Below are positions 1 through 14,200 of a DNA stretch of 64,000 nt, piece by piece. The position numbers and the translations under genes are program-made. Where the stretch lies: the NCBI GenBank assembly GCA_036172245.1, contig JAYWIR010000067.1, forward strand, positions 124,001-188,000, given 5' to 3'. The DNA is from Raillietiella orientalis (Eukaryota). Under the pieces are notes generated by a model. The model was not told where the DNA came from and ran no database searches. It worked only from the letters and a program-made list of their open reading frames with translations. Every line of letters begins with the position of its first letter. The stretch's first letter is position 1.

Positions 1-3000
1 AGACGCAGAACACGTCGTTGCCGCGCTCAAAAGTCTTCTGGAACTGCGCCGACCGACAAGGAATGCCTGCCAACAATGATCTCGACACTTCTCGTTCATT
101 GTTGCTCTGGACGGCGCCTACACACGAGCGGATGCCTGCGAACAATGGTCTGCCCAGCCGCAGTTGCGGGTGGTGAAGGAACAGGGAAGTTCGCCGGAGT
201 AGAGGATGGGAGTGCCTCATTCGGGAAAGCTGGACAATTTTTTCACCTTCTTCCCTCCAAAAAGAAAAAGAAAGACACAGAGACGGAAAAGGACTTCCTG
301 ATTGCTGCCGCTTTGCGCCCAGTCACCCCTTCTTCCTGCTCCCCTGCAGCCTCGCGAACCTCTAGGAGGAGGAGCCGGGGAGACGGGGAGAACTCGTTAC
401 CTCGGATATCCAGGGGCTGCGCTCCCCAGGAACATCCCGTGTCCTTGCGTTCGAGAGCCTGCAGCAGCCCTTTTGGTTCTAGGTTCTCCTTCATCCCTCC
501 CCATCCAGGTAACGCCCTCCACCCACGCGTGGATGCATCAGCTCCTCTGCGACGGCGCCCTAGCTAGGAGCTGCTCCCTTCCTCATCTCGGGGATGACTG
601 TGGCAGCGAGGGTTCCAGCCAAACAAAATAGGTTGTGCAGGGCAACGGACAGAGCGCGATTTCAACTCGCAAGCCGGCAATTTCTCCGTTGAGCACGTCG
701 CGCTCGTGAAGCAAAGAGAGAATCGTGGAAGATGAGCACCTCATCCTTCGGAGAGGAGAATGCTGAGTTCAGACCACTCATCCGGATGCCATGCATAGCA
801 GCGAAGAGAGAGAGAGAGAGAAGAGCCGCTCCGTTGTCCGCTGAGTTTCAGCCGATAGTCGCCCTACTGCTGCAGAAGGATGAGTGTGTCTGGTGCAAGC
901 TCCTCTCCCTGACTCAGGAGGAGGACTGCCGCCACATTTGCTGCTGGGAGGGAGGAGAAGTGGATCTCGGACTTCGATGACGCCTGGTACCCCTGCAGTC
1001 TTGCAGCCCCGCTTATAGCTCTTGAAGCAGCTCCTCTCTCACCCTCCGTCGACCATGCCGTGACCGAGGTAGAAGGAATTACCCCTGCTGAGGCCTAGCG
1101 CCGCGGCAGAAGCCTTCCGAAGGCGCTGCGCCCCAGGGCGCTGCCCTCGAGAGCTTCGGGGGCCGCTGGGAGGAGTCTCTCCCCCTCAGCAAATCCCGAA
1201 GAGACTAGAAAAGAGTCCTCTGGACCGGTGGCGGCGGCAGAGCTCCCGAGAGAGAAGATGGTCGCTGGACGAAGGCAGGATACGTCCCGCCCTCGAGTCG
1301 CCGACTCTCTCTCCTACTCATCCCCGAGGTCAGCAGCTTCCGGACCACCGCTGCTCGACCAGAGGGCAGGAAATCCAGCAGAGGTGAGCGTCGGATCTCT
1401 GGGTGCTGCACTAGGAAAGCAGCCACTGAAAGAAGTCGGGCGCATCCTCCAGGTGCTGGGGGATCGATCCTTTGCCTCCGGGCTCCCGAAATGAAACACG
1501 CTTCTCACAGGGACGCCGGATCGACGTGCTTCCTGTTTTTCCTGCCTGCGTCGCGAGGCAGGACGGAAGGACGGGTGGAAATGAGGTTTTCCAGTTTGCC
1601 CGCGGGGAGCGAAGGTCCTTCGGGAGCGAACCGCGAGGAGCTGCGTCCGCGCGCCCCGCTTCTTGAAGACGAAAACTCGCCGCGGAAGCTGACGGACGTG
1701 ACATCATCGAACGAACCCGCACGAGCATCGCGGACTGCCATTCCGGGAAGGAAATGAAAGAGAGAAAGAGAGAGGCAAAGGGGAAAAGAGGAGGAAGAGG
1801 AGATGCCTTGCTCGTGTGGACCCACTGGTGTCTTCCCGATGCAGCCGCCTCGGTAGCAATTCTAACGAACAAGGGGCTGGGGAGAGAGAGCAACGGGCAA
1901 TCTTCGCCCCGGCGTTTTTTTCGGGCTCCAGGCATCTTCCGCACGGACGGTTCCCGCCTCTCCAGAGCCAGACGTGCGATCCTCGGGGCTGCCAAGCGCC
2001 CTGCATGTGCAAGCACCCTCTTGGGGAGCGTGGGACCGCTGACAGAGGACATTCCTACGCGACGCAGGCGGCAGACAAGGACTCCTGTTCGCGGACCTCT
2101 CCCGGGAAGGTGCCTTCCGCGTTGACGACCTCGAACTCATCTTCTGATGACCTCTCGGTCCCTCTTTTCCGCACGAGTCCGTTCCGCCCTCCGGCTCCCC
2201 GGTTCCGCTGTGTCTGGCGCGTCTCCGACCGCCCACTTCCCAAGGTCTGCGGGTTCCGGGTGTCGCTGCTGTGTAGCTCGAGGGCATGCGATACAGGAAA
2301 CGGGTCGACGGATCGAAGGACGCTCTTCGGGGGAGGGGAGCGGTAAAAGAAGAAGCGACCACCTGGAACACGCCGTCGGGACTCGTTGGAAGGAGCGTCT
2401 GCCACGGTCCGCAGAGGACGGACGCGCGCACGGCGTCGTCTGGCATATCGGAACACGGAAGAAGGGAGGAAGGGGGTCTGCGACTTACCGAAATGGCATG
2501 GTCGAAGGCGCTACCGAGGGCGGACTCCCCTGCGGCCGCAGCAGACGGCCGCAGGGGAGTCCTTCCCTCTCCACAGGGAGAGAAGCGTTGGAAATCTATC
2601 GGGAGATGGTGCCATCGGAGAAAAAGGGGACCGCGGTCAAAGTTCATCGCCTCCTTCCTCCTGAATTCCCAGGAGGGAGCTGCGGAAGCGTCCTGGGATT
2701 TCTCGGCTCGAATCCGGGATCAGGACTGACGATCTCGGAGATGATCCGCCGGCTGCGTCGCCGTTTTTCGAAGCACTCTTGGGCACCGCCGTCCGAGCAG
2801 CGGTGGTGCCCAAGGGCGGAGGTGGCATCGCTATGAAGACTTGCGCCAGGCAAGAGTGGCCTCGAGCAGTGTTCGGTTCCGTGTGATCGTGGGATGAAGT
2901 GGAGAGAGGCGAGAAAGGGATGCGTCTGTACAGATCCGCTGGAGCCACGCCCTCTTGGGTCGGCGCATCCTGCTTGTGAGGCGCATCGGACGGCACCCTG

Positions 3001-4130
3001 CCGCCACCGTTACGAGTCCGGGGACCGTGGCGCCCGAAGACCCGAACGGGAAGTGGAAAAGTGACGACTCCACTTCCGTCGCCTCCTCCGCCGCCGCCTC
3101 CCTTCCCTTCCGGAGAGCCACCCTTCTACAGCGGTCTGGACTGGGGGCATCGCCGTCACCTCCGCTGCCACGGTCGCTGACGAGACGGGAACGCGGAGGA
3201 TGGCGGTCGGTCGCCAGGAGGTGACAATCTATCTCCCGGGAACTCCCTAGGGGCACACGGAGGCGGAGGAGAAATCCAAAGTGGCGTTCGGCCGCGCCAG
3301 GAAAAGGAAGGAGGAAGGAGATAAAGAGGGTGCCGTGGGAGCGCGCGAGGACCCCACATCGGACATTTCTGGCCTATTCCCCTCTCCCAGGAAAGAAAAA
3401 GGGAAGGGAAGTCGGCCCTCAGGGAAGCCGCCTCCGAGCTGCAGAAGAACGAAGCGGCTGAGGGCGGGGCCGAAACGAAGGGGGAAAAGGGAGGAGGAGG
3501 AGGAGGAAGGAAGGAGGACGAGAGGGATAGGAAGGGAGAGAGGACATATGGAGTAGAAAAGGAGGAGGGAAGAGGATGAGGAGGACGAAGTCTCCAGGGA
3601 AGACCCCGTGCATTGAAAAGGCGAGAGAGAGAGTGAGACGGTGGGGATTGCTGAGGTCGAGGGTGGATGGACCAACGGTGCCGCCCGGTGGCCATCGCGA
3701 CCTGCAGGGTAAGACGCGCTGAGTGGCACAGCCTCACCGCCGTCGTCGTCTCCTTTCCCGTTGCCAAGGAGACGGCGCCAGGGAACGCAGACACGCCCTG
3801 GCTCCCCGGTGCTCCCCCAGGTCGTCTCGACTCCTCAGCGAAGGACTCGACTCTCTCCAAACTGCTTCTGCCTCCCTTTCCTCGGGATCTCCTCCTTTCC
3901 CTAGCACCCCTCCCGTCCCTCCGGCACATCTCCTCCTCTCCCTCCTTCCGCCCGAGGGTCCACACTGCGCTTCTTCCTTCCTCGCTCCTCGACGGGGCGA
4001 GACGAGCGGACGACTCTTCCTGTTTTTCCTGGAGCCGGAAGAGAGGCGGAGAGGACTCGCCTCTCCGCCCCACGGGGGCTGGGGCTGGGGTTCCCCCCCC
4101 GCGTCTCACGTGCCGTCCCTTCCGTTCCAG

Positions 4131-7100
4131 GAGGTGCAACTCACCGTCCTCCTGGTGCTCTTCCTGACCATCGTTCTGGGAAACGCAGCGGTGCTGGTAT
4201 CCCTGTTCTCCCAGAAGAACCGGAGGACGAGGATCAACTTTTTCATTCTGCAGTTGGCGTTGGCAGGTGAGGAGGACGGAGAAATCCCCGGAGGGTATCT
4301 TGGAAGAGTTCCTCTGCCCCCCTCCCTCTATTCCTCGCGCTGAAGTGCCTTCGCCCCTGCGGGAAGGACTCCGGCGCTTGCCCCGCACAGCCGCGGGCCG
4401 CGCGTCGGTAGTCGCATTCGAGGCGGCACCAGTGGGAAGAGGGCGCGCCCGCTGGACGGGATGATCCACGCAGGCCGCGGGTAGCTGCCTGTTCCAGGAG
4501 GAAGCGAGGAACGGGCGGGCGCGCTCTCCTCCCGGTGGCTTCTGAGAGCGCCGACAGAGGCTCTGCTCTTAGAGGTCGTCCCTGGTTCGCCCAGGGCAGC
4601 ATCCTGGGCGTTGCAGCGGCGCTTCCCGTCTCACCGTCGCCTCCGGGACGAACGAAAAAGTCGGGACATCATCGGAAAGAGCAGCATCGGAAAGAGAGGG
4701 CGACCCCTCCCATCCCCGACGTTCCCCACTCCCGAAAGCGGTAGCAGGTGGACCCGCCTGCTCTTGTCTCTCTAGGAGGACCGCCGCAGCCATTTCTCTG
4801 GCGGTCGTCGGATAGCAGTGAAGATCATCGGGTGGCCTCTTCCCGGCAAACACCCTGGGGAGGGGGCGCTCCCGTTCTGGATCTCTTCGCGCTCTGCGCC
4901 CGCCCCCGGCAGCGTCCGTCCCGACGAATGTGGAAGCACCTCGGGGTCGGGAAAGTGCGGGCGGTCTGGCACCCCCGCCGCACGTCGTTCACCTAGCGGG
5001 CTAGGATAAAGGTGAACGTGCCCCACGGCGCTCGACCCAGGGCACAGGACAAGCGGATAAAGCCCAGTCGAGGACCTCCTCCCGCACATCTGGACGCCCC
5101 CCGGCAATGCTGCCGGGATCTTCTTCGCCCGGAGCGGACAACGTCCGCCTGCCTCCCTTCCTGCCGACTCGGCGTGTGTCCGGGATGGCGCCCGTTTCCT
5201 GGCGACCTCCTCGGATGGCAGGCCCTGGGTGCCACCTCGAGCGGCTCCCTCTTGAGGTACCCTGCGCAACGTGCGCTCCTTCTCCCTGCGGCGGGAGAGA
5301 AACTGCCGGGGGATTTTTGAGGGGAGTTCCCGGTGGATGGGACCGACCCCGACTCTCCGAGGTCCTCCTCGGTAGAGGCCCTGCGCTCCGCGTCCCGCTC
5401 CTCGTCGGCTCCACTGTGCGTTTCAGTCGGTGCCCTGGGGACATCTGGGCGGGAGGGGAAGGAGGAAGGGATGGGAGAAGACCGTGCCCTCGTGCTCCAT
5501 CGAGGGCAGCGTCTCCGCGTGACCTCAGAGTCCCTTTCTTCTCTCGTAGATCTGCTCGTGGGCTTCCTGCACGTACTGACCGATTTCGTCTGGAAGATTA
5601 CCATCGTCTGGAAGGCGGGTAACGTAGGGTGCAAGGTCATCCGATACGTCCAGGTACTCGCGGGGCCATCTCGTCCGGGCCAAGAGGAAGGGTGGGTCTG
5701 CGAGGGTCGCCTGCGCTGCCGGCCGGCTTTCGCCTCTGGCCTTTAAACCCCCGCTGACCTCGCTTGGGTCGCCCCAGAGGGAAAACCAGCAGGCACCAGC
5801 GCCCCTTCCTGCCCTGCAGGCAGACGGGGGAGCAAAGAATCCCCCGCGGAGGCGCAGGCGACGCGCAGGATGTCCGCACCACCCAAGGCGAGATCCCGAG
5901 GAGCCGTCGGGTCAGGCAGGAAGACCTCCGAGGCGGCGTAAGCGACCGGGTCCGTAATGACCACTGGTCGCGAAGCGCCCGAGGCTACCTGCGGGGCGCT
6001 GCGCCGGACCGGCTATCCGTCAGGGTCGGCTGCTCCCTACCCCTCCATCTTCATGCTCGCGCGCGCTCCCGGCAGCGACGGGAGCGGATGGCGCCAGGTG
6101 GAGGGAGAAGAGGATCCTCTCTGAGGACCTCCCCGACGCTTCCGGCTGGAGCTCCGGGCGGGTCCCTCGACTCTCACCTATCGGAAGCGCCACCCATCCC
6201 CTACGGTTGTCTTTACAGGTGGTCGTGACCTTCTCTTCCAACTACCTGCTGGTCGCCCTGAGCATCGACCGCTACGAGGCCATCATCCACCCCATGAACT
6301 TCATCAACGCCTGTGAGTCGCCAGGGGAGGGCGCGCTGCCGGCTCTCCCCTGCCTTCCCCGAACGGGGAAAGGGACGCCCCGCAGGCATCGCCGAGGGGG
6401 AAGGCCACGGCGCGACGAGCACACCCCAGAGGCGCCACCGTGCGTACAGGCCGCGGGGAAAGAGGGAGGGGCGAGGGGAGGTCTCACCCGCGACCTCTGA
6501 CCTCTACTGGTCGGGGCCGCCCACCTGGTCTCGCGAGGACCCGAGCAGCGGTTATCAGAGCGCCACTCCCACCGCGTGACCCGCGTGCGGCCGAAGGTTG
6601 GCGACCACCTCCCGAGACCTGCGCCAGTCTGCGAGCGCCTGCCTAGACAAGCGCCCACCGGAGCGTGGCCCGGGCCGCGAAGGGGTGGTGAAGAGGGATA
6701 GGGAAAGAGAAGATGAGGAGGAAATGGCATAAAGAAGGACACATAGCGGGAAGATGTGCAGGAAGTGGGGTGAAGCGGGACGGGGAAAGGGAAGATGGGG
6801 AGAATTGGGTCGAAGAACTGAGAAGCAAAAAGAGAGGGTAAAGAGGGCAAGGTATTGTGTTGGGGGTTATAGGATGCAATGGAATGAGGTCTTGACCCCG
6901 GGAACGGAAGGGTTCGAATGCATTGAGAGGAGGTGCGAGACCGAGAGGGGGTTATAGGGTGAGATAGGGGTGAAGTGAGGAAAAGGAAGCGCAGGCGGGA
7001 GAGGGTGGGTCGTGAGACGAGAAGGACGCTGGGATGGGGAAGCGCGTAGGTGGGGCTCGGACGGTGTGGGGAGAGTCGTCATGCAGGGAAAGCCGATGGG

Positions 7101-10100
7101 AAGTCGGCCTCCTCCTTTCACCCTGGTGGCTCTGGAGGTGACGCCGAGCGCTCCACTGCCTGTCTCCTCCAGGGGGCAGAGAGAAGCTGCTCATCAGCAT
7201 CGCCTGGGTGCTGAGCATCCTATTCTCAAGCCCCATCCCTTTCATGTACAAGGAAACCGTCATCAACGGTAAGGGCGGGTACCCCGAGAGGTGGGGGTGG
7301 ACGCGAACGAACCATGCCGGAGGCCAGGGTCCCCTTCCCTGCAGGCAAGTCTCAGTGCTGGGTGCACATGGAGCCGTGGCTGTGGAAGCTGTACATGACG
7401 GTTGTCTCCCTGATCCTGTTCTTCCTGCCCACAGCCATCATCATCCTGTGCAACGGTGTCATCGCCTACACCGTCTGGGCGAAGAACAACTCCCTAGCGA
7501 GGGCACCTCCCAAGGGGTGCAGCAGTCACAGAGGTAGGACTCCCGCCTGGTCGAGTGACCCCTTCCCTCCTCACCCAACCCCTTTCCGCACACGCGACCA
7601 GGCACGAATCCTGGACGAGAAGCCCGGTGCACGCGAGCCTCCTCGACGAAGAGGCTGGCCGGGGGAAGCACCGCGAGTCGTTCGCTCGCTCCCATGGAAA
7701 CGAGCTCTTCTTCCGCGCGCTGGGTGCTCACTTGCGCGCCGGATTCCCCCTCCGAAGAAGCCACCTCTAGCTCCAGAGGGATGTGCGGGACCGCGGAACG
7801 ATTCCCTCCTAAGGGCAGTCCAACACCCCCTTCCCCGTCGGACCGCCTTCTGGCATCCCGAGTCCTACGTGTGAACCCGGAGGACTCGGAAGCAGCCGGG
7901 AACGCCCGCGCATGCGCGCTTACTCCGCTCGGGCACACCCCGAGCATTCTCTCAGGGCGGCTTCCTACCGTGTCCATGGAAGTGATGGTTGCCGAATGGA
8001 GCGTGCGAAATCCTTTCAGAAAGCCAACGGAAAAGCAGAGGATGATGCTTTCCCCCTCCTCCCTCCCTCCTCCTCCTCTCATCTGGAAACGCGCCAAGAA
8101 GCGGGCATCACAAAAACACTGCGACGAGCACCAGAGGGTCCACTCGGACCAGATCGCTCTCTGATAGCGTCATCTCCCGCACATTCGCCGATTCCTCGAG
8201 TGGGGATCTCTGCTTCCACGTTCCGATGCGCACTTCGCGAGCGATTGCACCGCACATCTACGATCCAGCCGGAGGGCGACGGGAAGACATTGATATTCTT
8301 TGCTTCCCCCTGCCTTCCCTTTGGGAATGAAGACGCGGGAGTCCTTCGCCCCTCAGCCCCAGTCAGCTTCCTCGAGGAGGAGGAAGCGCGCTCCCTGGAA
8401 AGAGCGACGGATGGAGCCGCCGTTCCGCCCCACGCTTGGGACGAGGGACTCCCTAGCTGCCTCCGCTGGCTCGGCCCAAGCCCCCTCGCGCGCCCATCCT
8501 TCCGCCTCGCCCCTGCCCCTCTCTTTTCATCACCGACACCCCAGGAAGCCACCGCAGAGCACGCTCCACGCTCGTAGGTCCTTGCCGGTAGAGGGAGAAC
8601 AGAAAACGACGCTCGGCCTCTGGAAACTTGGCGCGGGGGGTGCTGACGATCGTGGTGGCGGCGGCGGCTCCGCGTGCTGACGTCGGGTCCAAGGAGGCAA
8701 GGGAGCTCGTGTGCCACGACATGCTGTGATACCGATCGTCTTTGCACCCTGGCGTTCCCGATCCGTGAGTCCCTTCCTGGTGGTTTCCAGGATATCCTCA
8801 TCCTCCGCCGGGAGGACGGCGGAGACGAGGGAAGCGGCGGCAGCAGCCGCCTCCCGCGTCTCCGCGAACCGAAGACAGTGAGTGTGGTTGCAATGGGGAA
8901 CTCACCCCTGCCATCTAGCGGACGCACTCGAAACTCGGCAGCCATAGGACCTTAAGCGAATTCTCCTCCTCGGGCCTTCAGCATCCGCCCACCACCCATG
9001 GGATCCCTCGCGGCCCGCGACTGGGGACACATCCGGGAAACGCTCCGTTGCCCGCGCGCAAAGGAGAGCCTCCTCCTCCTCCGCGACTGCGGGAAGGAAG
9101 AACGCTCCCATGTTCAGTCCGCGAATCCCAGAGGACTTGGCGCGGCTGTCTCGCTGCGCCCGTTCCGGCCAGGCGGGCTTTCCGGAAGAGAATGCCACCT
9201 TGAGTCGCGGGTTTCCAAAGCCAGAGGAAAGGAATCGTCTGGACCGCTCTGCGACTCCCGAGGTCAGAAGTCTCCCAGCCTGCCAGTTGGTCGCGCGCGG
9301 CCACCTTGGAGGCGTCGATGCACGCCGAGGGCTTTGCGGGAGATTCAGATGCAGACAGGTAGATGGACGGAACGACAGCTGCTTCTCTTTCACTCTGGAC
9401 CGCCACGAAGTGCAACCAGAAGCTGACGCGAAGAGCGCCGCTCAGCGGCACACACTCCAAGATTCAGAATGGCAAATGTCCACACTTGTCTGTGCACGCA
9501 TGCACCCATGGATGCACGTATGTGCATACATATTCATGCGTGTAAATATACGTGTATACGTACGTGGTAGATAGATTCAGATACATAGTGGGAGTTCCGA
9601 TCTACATACGTGCACGTACACATGTACATCGGATATGTGAATCTATCTATCTGTAGTTACCTATTTATCTGTAACTATCTATCTATCTATCTGTATCTAT
9701 CTATCTATCTGCAGCTAAACATACAAATATATGTAAAGCTACAGGTAGATATAGATATACATAGGTTGGTGTACACGTACGGATATGTGTAAAATCGTTG
9801 ATACTCGCTGCTAATCCACGAAATCGGTTGAGCATTCGATTTGCTCTCGCAATTTTGTTCGCCCCTTTTCCTCACAGCAGTGGTCACTTGACCTCTGCAT
9901 CTCGTCCATCGCGAAGGTTACGGGTCACATATCTCATCCATATTCTCTGAGGCTGACGCCTGCCCCAGATCTGAGAGGTTTCCATTCTGGAAACCTCCTC
10001 CGTTTCCTCGCCTTGAAAAGCCCTGAATTCTCAGGTGACTTTTTCCCTCAGAACAGGAATTTTCAGAAAGATTCCGATCGCCTTCGGAAGAAGCGATCGG

Positions 10101-11252
10101 TGGGTCAGGCGACGATCGTAGGCAATCCCAATGAACCTCTCTCTCTTCCTGCTGGAGCACTATACAGCGGGACACGCTCAGCGCCATAGGGATCCATCGC
10201 GTGACTGAACGGTCACATTCGAAAACCTCGAGTCTCTCGCACTCCAGGAAGTTGGTGCCGATGGAGCAGCGGAACGGAGGCACCTAAACTTCAGACAGGT
10301 GGAGGTCTTTAAAGCAAAATGCACACACACAAACGCGCAGAAAAGGGAATTTTGATTGAGGTGCAGCTGAGAGGAACTGAAACCTCCTAATCGAGACCCA
10401 TTGGAAACGCACCCAAGTCGGTAAAAGCACCGCTCATTGATCAGCAGCAGCAGCACCCGGGGCCACCACTTGTCACCTCTGCCGGATGGGGGTGTTACAG
10501 CCTGCAGGGAATTGGTAAATAAGCAGGCGCTTCCCAAACTTCTCCTCCTCTGCTGCCGACAACCGCCTTGTTCTTGTCAGCAAGAGCATCTTCAGACGGA
10601 ACGTCTTACTCGTCGAGGTTTCACATTCCCAGCAGCTCCAAGCGTCGGCTGCTTCTTGGTATTACAACCCTGAAAGTGGACTCTGAGCTATTTCTGTCCC
10701 CTCCTCGTGTGTCTACCTGCGGTTACTTACTGTATCCCTGTGAAACTTCTTCCTGGAAAACAATCTCTCCCCGACTGCTCTCCAGAGCAGCAGCATCACT
10801 AGACGCAGGCTTTTTTAACGCACCGCCTCCAAGCCACATTCTCCCGCAGTGTATTGTTCTCCACCCTTCTGGAGGTGCGCGCGCCTCATTTCTTTATTAG
10901 GCAATTTTCCCTTTGTGTTCTGCTTGTTTGTTTGTTTGTTTGTTTGTTTGTTTGTTTGTGTGTGTGTGTGTGTGTGTGTGCGTGTGCGCGCGCGTGTATG
11001 CCCTCCGATGAAACTGCACAGCTCAAATCACGCAGGGGAGATGGCAACACTGAATCACCGTCACGCGCTTTGTTGGACCAGTCGCGGAAACGCGAGGAGG
11101 GGGAGGAGCAGGTCACCATAGTTACCATAGTCACCATAGTTAACTATGGTCCCCATTCTAACGCATAGTTACGCATTCCCGCAGCTTTTTTCATAAGCCG
11201 ATCGCTGTCGACTGCGCGGAAGGCTTTTCGTTCCGTCTTTCTTTCCAGCGTT

Positions 11253-11289
<37 letters not shown>

Positions 11290-14200
11290 CTCGCCATAAA
11301 TGTGCTTCCTTGGCGAAGATAAGCACCGGATCTTCTGCTGGCAGCTACTTCGGAGTCCTCGAAACCATTCTTCAACGATTATCGGGGATCTCTTAATGGG
11401 GCAGCTCCCCCGCGAACGCTGCAATCACCGGGACAACGGCTTTTGTTGTTCCTCGCGAGCGTTTCCCAGCACCGCGCGCGACGGGGGAGCGCGATTTGGC
11501 GCACGCCTTTGGTGCGCAGGGCGCGCAGCACACACACCGAGCGGGAAACTTCGCAGCTCGGGCGAGAGTGGAGAAAACGAACTCCCGCGAGGGAAGGATG
11601 CCAAAACATTTTTCTGAGTTTTTTTTTGAAAGAAAGAAAAAAACAAAAACAAAAAAAGAAGGAAACCCAGCAAGTAAAAATAAAAATGGGGAGGGGCATC
11701 GTGCGTTTGGACTGTCGTAGGGCAACAAACGGAGCGGCAGCTGCGCACGTGGTCCGCGCGTGCATGCAAGAAGTCTCCGTTGCCGGGAAAAAAAACTTCG
11801 TTGTTCCAGCAGCCGGCACATTTCTCCTGGGCAACGCCCACGGTGAAGAGTGGAGTGCTTCCGTCCTCGGGTCCCGCGAGAACAGGTGGCCAAAGGGCCC
11901 ACCTCTCGGACCTATGAGTCCCCCTTTGCTCCGTTCAAGACAACGCTCGTAAGCGCTTCGGCAGAGAAGCGTAGGTCCCGCAGCTGTCTGATGACGAAGG
12001 AAGGCCGCCATTGGCAGCCTTTAAAACGTCACCCACCTCCCACTCCGGCCCCATAGCACCATCAGAATGAAAATCCCTTACTCGCACGCGTTCTTTTACC
12101 CTCCCGACATGAGGGAACCTCAGACGGACCTCTCTAGGGCGTGGTCCTCTTCCCTCGACGAAGGCTCGCTGGAGGAGTTCGAGGGTTGACAAGTTCCCGG
12201 CAGGAAGTCTGCCCCCCCGCATCCCGGACAGACTGCTTTTCTTCCCTCACCCGTCCTCACCTTCCTGTAAGCGGGGTCAGGCGGGACCCCGGGTCTCAAA
12301 AGGCGGGTGCGCAGACTGCGAGAGGAAGGCTCAAAGAGGACTGGACCGAGACAGAACGGTCCCAGGGACGTCCTTGCACCGGCCTGGAGAGACGGCCGCG
12401 AGGAACCGGGAAGTACCCGCCCACGCCACGAGAGAGCGCGATGTCGCCAGAGAGCGAACCGCGGGGCGGATGGACCACACCGCCCTAGACAGGCGACGTG
12501 CTGCAGCCCAGCCGCACCACAGAGAGAGAACGTGGGTCGGGCCCTGCGCAGAACTGGCGCCACCGAAGGGCAAAGTGACGCTACGCAGAACACCGGAAGC
12601 CGTGCAATATTCCAGGGTTCGAGGAAGAAGGGAAGAGGAGGAGAGAACGGCGGCGGGCGTTTCGGTAGATGCGCCACCCTGCGCCCGCTTTCCTCCCGCT
12701 CTCGAGGTGGACCAGGGACCCCCGCCACCGGCAAGTCACATCCGGACCGTCTCTTTCGCGGTATTGGTGCCTGGCCAAGAAACCGCGCGTTCCTATGGAA
12801 ACTGCCGAGATGTCTGCGCGAAAGAAAGCTGCGTTCTTTGGCCTTCACCGGCTGGACGCATCCTCCCTGCTCCAGCCTGACCAGTTGCAAAGAAGACTCC
12901 TCTCTTTGGAGGTGCCTTTTCTAGTGACCCGCCGCACCACCTGTGGCGTTGTGCACGACGGAGAGACGCGTCTTCTCCGAGAGCTGCAAATCTCCCATTT
13001 TGTTTACAGCTCCTCCTATCCTCTCCTCTCCTCCTTCCCTCCCTCTTCCTCCAGTTCTCCTCCTCTCCCTCCTTTCCTTCCCTTCTTCCTCGCCTCCCCC
13101 TCCTCTTTTCTTCCTTTCCCCTGCTCCTCGTTTGACTCGAAGAAAGCGCCGCGCACCCTCCAAGGCCCTGCGCAAACGAAGTCTGCCAGACGTCCACTGA
13201 TGGTCCCGCGTGCCGTTCGGGATGCCTTCCAAAGGTCCCTCGGGAGAGCTCCAGACTCTCCTCCGGGAGCCGCGGCACGCTCGCACGTTCACCTTCGCTG
13301 GCTCCCTGGAAGGGGTCGCCGAGGTCGTCGTCGACGGCCGCGTTTCTTTGGCGAGCGGGAGCCTCTCCTTCTCTCCGGGAAGCTGTTGATACCTCTCCTG
13401 CGGCCGGCAGCTTCAGGGAAGAGAAGCGTCGGACTGCGGATGCTCGCGAAAAAGGTGCGAGAGGAAGTTCTCTCCGCCGCCGCCAGGTGGAAGCTTCCCA
13501 GGACGCCTGCCCGGGAGCACCATTCTCCCGCTTCGCGTTCTTCGAGACGCTGTCCGGGAGTCGCTAGGATCCCCGCCCGCGTCGGAGTGCTCCAGGCTGC
13601 GTGCCTTCGGGTTGTCGTGGAGGGAAGGGGGGAGAGCGCTGGAGTGCCGGCATCCAGGCAGGGACCCCGGGCTCGCGCGTCTCTTCCGGGAGGCATGGAA
13701 CCCGCGGACAAGCGAGCGAGGCATCCAGCGGAGCCGCCCATAAGATGGCTAGGCAAAGGGTGTTCAGCTGACTACCATCACCACCTCCGCGTTCGATGCT
13801 CCCATTGTGTCCTTGACCCCTAACCCGGCAGGTCTCCGATACTCCAGCCCACACCGGAGGAGGGTGCTGCGATGTGGGAGAATCTGGCCAAAGCCTCGCG
13901 TGGAGTAAGGGAAGGGGTGGGATGGTCATCTTAGCGAGGAGGGTCCGGGGTTAAGTGGCCCAGGAGATTTTCCACGCCAGCGGCGGCAGCCGCCGCAGAG
14001 GACCGGTCTTTCCTCTGCTGATGTGCAGACTCCCTCTGATCCGCACTGGGGCTCCCGCGCTCTTCCAGCTGACCTTGCTGGGGGTCTCTTTGACCTTACC
14101 ATTGGGTGCGGACCGGAGGCGGGTCCCTCATACCGCGCGACCGCGAAAGTGGGCCCACCAATCACCGCCACTCAGAAGAAGCCGCAGCCTCGAAAGAGCA

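Noticed and set aside
1..1100. Possible coding exons or TE remnant at the window start
   Set aside because: Open frames exist on the minus strand, but there is no recognisable protein and no consistent exon chain.
11141..11405. Resemblance to the 28S rDNA R2 target (taactatg.., tctcttaa.gg)
   Set aside because: Only short, separated matches; no rRNA sequence around them.
11988..12030. Hammerhead ribozyme cores (CTGATGA here; CTGAGGA plus stem near 20890; CTGACGA near 17380)
   Set aside because: No GAAA directly after stem II and no stems I/III.
13900..13970. HDV-like ribozyme (CCTCCTCGC on the minus strand)
   Set aside because: P3 and P1 pairings cannot be formed.
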